The translations under genes were made by a program, and so were the position numbers. 62,651 nucleotides of DNA. It comes from Candidatus Magasanikbacteria bacterium CG1_02_32_51 (GTDB taxonomy: Bacteria; Patescibacteriota; Patescibacteriia; Magasanikbacterales; UBA922). The notes beneath the pieces are model-generated. The model did not search any database. It had not been told where the DNA came from and was given only the letters and a program-made list of their open reading frames with translations. The DNA is taken from positions 1-62,651 of the forward strand of contig MNVC01000012.1 in the NCBI GenBank assembly GCA_001871435.1, in the 5' to 3' direction. Below are positions 58,769 to 62,651 of this stretch, one piece after another (the first letter of the stretch is position 1; every line of letters starts with the position of its first letter).

Positions 58769-59296
58769 CTAGATTTTATTTGTAACTGTATTTTCAGATT
58801 GTAAATATCTGATAGACATCTCAGCTACTCCGACAAATATTCCCACATAAAATAAATCACCAAGCAAACTATTACGGAAAAATGGTAGAGCCATATAGTA
58901 ACTTTGCATTAGGCCAGGCAAATTGTGGGTGTACATAGTACCAAAAGTCCAGACAGAGAAATTGGTAGCTAAGAAAAATAAAGCTGAGCCTGCAAAAGTA
59001 GTCAAAATTACATTTCCTAGATTTTTGTGTTTTTTTAGCCAAGTGCCTAGTATAGTTGCCAAGATAAAACTAGCGTAAACACTAAACATAATTGGTAGAG
59101 AGTAAAATCCCAAGAAAATATCACTTATAAGCATGGCTACTACTGGAATGATAACATTGAGCCTCTTTGGTAAATAAAGCCCGGAAAAGAGGGCTAGAGC
59201 CATAATAGGAGCAAAATTAGCAGGATGTGGAAGTAATCTGAGGGTAAATCCGACGATTATTAGAGCTATTATGAGATAGATGTGTTTATTTTTCAT
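58769..59296 (-). CDS. DUF6580-like membrane protein (putative ECF S-component)
   Basis: RLLPHPANFAPIMALALF...SDIFLGFY...FFLATNF.VW...Y..ALPFFRNSLLGDL. The ORF extension to 59362 is repeat DNA. Confidence 0.75.
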   Translation of the reverse strand: MKNKHIYLIIALIIVGFTLRLLPHPANFAPIMALALFSGLYLPKRLNVIIPVVAMLISDIFLGFYSLPIMFSVYASFILATILGTWLKKHKNLGNVILTTFAGSALFFLATNFSVWTFGTMYTHNLPGLMQSYYMALPFFRNSLLGDLFYVGIFVGVAEMSIRYLQSENTVTNKI

Positions 59297-59316
59297 AAAG
59301 TTATATGATTTTAAGT

Positions 59317-59427
59317 GGAGTGACGAATTCCTGCCTGCCGGCAGGCAGGGAATGTGTAACAATGAAATTCGTTGGTCACGCGATAACGAAATTTCCCGCC
59401 CACCTGGCGGGTCATTTCGTCATTCCT
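59317..59427. repeat. GGAATGAC...GTCATTCC doublet with a nested perfect 20-nt palindrome CCTGCCTGCCGGCAGGCAGG (59330-59349)
   Basis: Seen directly; it also contains cccgcccacctggcggg. Confidence 0.85.
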
Positions 59428-59481
59428 CTCCTATAATAGTTAAGGATTTGTTGTGTAAATATTATAGCAGTGTTTATTATA

Positions 59482-62235
59482 TTAGACAAACATTTTAAAA
59501 AGTAGATAAAGTCCATAGAGTAGGGTACCAGCTCCTAGGGCAAGAGCAACTTTTTTGTTGGTTGGGAGTGGTGTTTCTTGTTTTTCATTTGTTTTTTCTA
59601 ATGTTTCGTTAGTTTGAATATTTTGTTTTTCTTCTTCTATGATTTTATCTTTAGGAGTAGTTTCAGTTTTTTCTCCAAGGACTTGTTCCAGATTGTTTTT
59701 TGCAATTAAACTTTGTTTTGTTAGTTTTGTTTCTGCGATTGGTGTATTTGTGGTTTGGATATTTTCTACTGGTAATTCCAAAATTATTGGTAAAATTTCA
59801 ATTTTTTGTTTTTGAGTTGAAGTTGCAATATCATCAATTATTTCAGGAGTTGATGTCACAATTTCTTCGGTAGAGGTTTTTGTTGAGGTGGTGTTTGTTT
59901 CAATTGATCCACCGCCAACATTATTTGTGGGTTGAATAATTGGATCTAAAATTATTGGCCAAGTTTTACCTAGTAGTGAAGGTACTGCGTGTTTCAAACC
60001 AAACCAGTCAACACTGATAGGTTCCCAAGTGGTATTGTAAGAGCCGTCATTTGTTAGATTATTTGCTAGTAATTGCCATGGATTTTTGTGATTGGCATTG
60101 AACCAATCTGTTTGTGTTTGTTGTAGAGCATTGATACCCATCATAACCCAACTGGTTGTAAGAATGTCAGAATTATCAAACCCCCAACCACCATCTGCAA
60201 GTTGTGTATTTTTTAAATAATTTTCAGCAGAATTGTATATGGTTTCATTAACAGGGACACCTTTTTTTTGAGCATATTTAAGGGCACTAATAGAAACACC
60301 TGTGGCGTCTGGGGTCTCACCCCAGCCTATAGAAAATCCACCAGATGTTTGGTTTTGGGAGTTTTTGATATTATTTATTAGATCAATAATAATTTGTTCT
60401 GAAGTATTTGTGTCACTACCTAACAAAGCTAATAAGGCAAAGACATCATCATTTGTTCCAGAACCATATTCTTCTCCAAAAGAACTATTTGTGGGAGAAT
60501 AACATTTGTCTGATTGCATCTCGTCGTTTAGATGATTTATTTTTTCAGATATGTCCGAACCGCTAGCAAGTAAAGCTAGACTATGACGGGCAAAACCTGC
60601 ACAAATATTATTGTCAGTTGTATTTGTGATTTCTTGTTTTTGAGCATAGTCAATCAGAGAAAAAATACCCTTTTTAATATCTTTGGCATATTGTTCATTA
60701 GCACCAAAAGACATAATTATCCAATCGGTCGTATTTGGGTCAGATATTTTACCATCTGCACTTTGTTCATTTTTTAAATAGTTTAAGATCTTATTTACAG
60801 CAATACTTATTTCACTTTGGGTCAGAGGAATATTTTGATTTATCTCATTGTTTGAACTACTTCCACCAGAAGTTGGATTTTCAGTGCTAGTATCTGTGGT
60901 TGTAGTAGTAGAATTTTCTTTATTTTGCCCAGTGGGAGTGATAGTGATAGTTTCACTGGTAATAAAACCATTTTTTTGAGCATAGATTGTGTAAGGTGTG
61001 GTAGTTGTAATATTTAATTCATAAATACCATCTTCATCAAATATTTCTTCATTATTTATGATAAAAGTGGAGCTGGCATTAGGAATCCAAGAATAAACAC
61101 CCCAATCAAATTTTTGATATTCAACCTCTATTGTGGAACTAACTGTGGGATTAGTGTTGTTTATCACCAATTTGCTTGGTTCTATTCCATAAACTAATAA
61201 AATATTTTCTTTTTCTTTATCTACATTTAAAATATAAACATTTACACCACTTTCGCCAGGTATTAAATCACTATACCAACCCCACCACATACCATCAGAA
61301 AAATCATTGCCTTTATAATCATTGATATCATAAGTAACACCAAAATCACCCCAAGTAGAATATAAACTCCAACCTTGTTGCTCAGATAATTGCTCTATAG
61401 CACACCAAATGTTGAAAGTGTTTTCTGTATTATTTTCCTCATTTGGGCATGCTGTAACTGTAAAATCATCATTATATAATTCTTGATCAAAAGTTTGTAT
61501 TTCTAAATGAATAGTTGTGGTGGCTAAAATTTCTGGTTCAATTACAGAAATATTAATTTTTTTACTTGCTAAAGCATTTGTACTATCTACATAAAATTCA
61601 TAAGTACCAGTATTTTCAGGTGTAAAAGTAAAAATACCATTGTTAGTCTCTACGGATTCGCCATTGATATAAAAAGTTATAGCTGTGGTATTAGTTACAA
61701 AAGAATCTGTATTCCAAATTAAAGATTCAATATTGATACTTTCGTTTGCATACATGTATGTTGTAGATGAATAAATATCTAGGATATTTTGAGGCCAAGA
61801 ATCATATATTAAAGTTAGAGTGTCGTTGTCTTCTAAAATTAAGTCAGCAATGCCTACATTAGCATCATTATTATTGTTTTTTAAAATCCAACTTTGTGAC
61901 CAATCACTAGTATTTTCAATATCATTGATAGCGTCAAGACTAAAACCCCAATCCCAATCAGTAACTTTAAAAGAATCGATTTGATTATTTTCTAAAGATT
62001 GTTGTAATGCACAAATTGCTTTGAAACCAGAAAAAGTTGAAGTAGTATTATTGGAGTTTGTTACAATACATGATTCTGGTAAATAAATTTGTTGATCTAA
62101 AATAGTAGTATCAGTGTTTATTATTTTTAGATTTATTGATTTTGTATTTTCTGTAGCATAACTTGTATTAAAAGCTGATAGACTGACAATTGTTACTACT
62201 GTAACAAATAAAAATTTAGAAAGTACTGTTTTCAT
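59482..62235 (-). CDS. Secreted, C-terminally anchored protein with DUF4430-like domains and prenyltransferase/squalene-cyclase-like repeats
   Basis: Signal peptide; WGFSLDAINDI...W...N...ANVG; YLKNEQSADG, IKNSQNQTSGGF, YLKNTQLADGGWG; Thr/Glu-rich linker; C-terminal TM. Confidence 0.65.
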   Translation of the reverse strand: MKTVLSKFLFVTVVTIVSLSAFNTSYATENTKSINLKIINTDTTILDQQIYLPESCIVTNSNNTTSTFSGFKAICALQQSLENNQIDSFKVTDWDWGFSLDAINDIENTSDWSQSWILKNNNNDANVGIADLILEDNDTLTLIYDSWPQNILDIYSSTTYMYANESINIESLIWNTDSFVTNTTAITFYINGESVETNNGIFTFTPENTGTYEFYVDSTNALASKKINISVIEPEILATTTIHLEIQTFDQELYNDDFTVTACPNEENNTENTFNIWCAIEQLSEQQGWSLYSTWGDFGVTYDINDYKGNDFSDGMWWGWYSDLIPGESGVNVYILNVDKEKENILLVYGIEPSKLVINNTNPTVSSTIEVEYQKFDWGVYSWIPNASSTFIINNEEIFDEDGIYELNITTTTPYTIYAQKNGFITSETITITPTGQNKENSTTTTTDTSTENPTSGGSSSNNEINQNIPLTQSEISIAVNKILNYLKNEQSADGKISDPNTTDWIIMSFGANEQYAKDIKKGIFSLIDYAQKQEITNTTDNNICAGFARHSLALLASGSDISEKINHLNDEMQSDKCYSPTNSSFGEEYGSGTNDDVFALLALLGSDTNTSEQIIIDLINNIKNSQNQTSGGFSIGWGETPDATGVSISALKYAQKKGVPVNETIYNSAENYLKNTQLADGGWGFDNSDILTTSWVMMGINALQQTQTDWFNANHKNPWQLLANNLTNDGSYNTTWEPISVDWFGLKHAVPSLLGKTWPIILDPIIQPTNNVGGGSIETNTTSTKTSTEEIVTSTPEIIDDIATSTQKQKIEILPIILELPVENIQTTNTPIAETKLTKQSLIAKNNLEQVLGEKTETTPKDKIIEEEKQNIQTNETLEKTNEKQETPLPTNKKVALALGAGTLLYGLYLLFKMFV

Positions 62236-62650
62236 ATGACCATTTTATATTATCTCCTGAATTAATTTTTTGGACAGATATTCCAGCTTGAGCGCTTTGT
62301 CCGTTTAGGTAATAAACCCAATATTTACCTTGTTTGTTATCATTTTTGATACCATTTATTTCAGTAATAAAAAATCCCAGACCAGAATAATTTATTCCAG
62401 AAAATGTGAAGTCACTCTCGGTCTGTAATTTGTCCAACAAATCTTTCAAAATTGTTCCTTCTTTTTCAAAATCTACTGTATAATTTTTTTGGTTAACTGT
62501 AATTGTCGCAGAGTAGGGAAGTTGTTTGTGTTCTTCTGATATAGCTTGTATGCTAGTTGTGACTGTCTCTTGTACTAATGTAGAAGTTTGCTGTTCTTTG
62601 TTAGGAATAATTTTATCTTCAGTAGTAGTTACTTTGTTGTTCGTTTCAAT
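62216..62650 (-). CDS. DUF4430 (transcobalamin C-terminal-like) domain protein, 5' end outside the window
   Basis: YSGLGFFITEINGI...GKYWVYYLNGQSAQAG...INSGDNIKWSY; frame stays open to the window edge. Confidence 0.8.
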   Translation of the reverse strand: METNNKVTTTEDKIIPNKEQQTSTLVQETVTTSIQAISEEHKQLPYSATITVNQKNYTVDFEKEGTILKDLLDKLQTESDFTFSGINYSGLGFFITEINGIKNDNKQGKYWVYYLNGQSAQAGISVQKINSGDNIKWSYENSTF

Positions 62651-62651
62651 A

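Noticed and set aside
7930..59427. CRISPR array explanation for the repeats
   Set aside because: Repeats are dispersed, inverted and nested. No regularly spaced direct repeats with unique spacers and no cas genes were seen.
59317..59427. Cobalamin riboswitch upstream of the DUF6580 gene
   Set aside because: The structure is explained by repeat families seen elsewhere (51085-51160), and no B12-box was recognised.

Overview
AT-rich bacterial chromosome segment. The gene content, short HrcA, Nudix-inserted LeuRS, mostly SD-less starts and repeat style suggest Patescibacteria/CPR (Parcubacteria-like); this is inference, not a database result. The backbone is housekeeping: hrcA-grpE-hsp20-dnaK-dnaJ with two CIRCE boxes, recJ, rnhA, lepA, murJ, corA, uvrB, HU, rny, truB, tkt, infB, trxA, leuS, cca, uppP, gpsA, yidC and a MacAB-type ABC exporter. 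Accessory content includes a truncated IS481-type element, an Eco47II-like restriction-modification pair, a PKD-7TM gene next to an ATP-grasp/dead retropepsin/DUF1704 fusion, several GC-rich orphan genes, and a probable cobalamin-uptake locus at the right end. The most striking unexplained structure is a dense set of short palindromic (REP-like) elements from several families. They occupy many intergenic gaps, nest inside one another, show empty versus filled sites within the window, supply stop codons, and sit in frame inside UvrB, DnaK, DnaJ, transketolase and TruB. Two small nuclease-family genes (a nonsense-disrupted IS200/RAYT-like Y1 transposase and a GxxExxY protein) are each bracketed by their own long inverted repeats and are candidate mobilisers. 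No rRNA, tRNA or CRISPR array was recognised.
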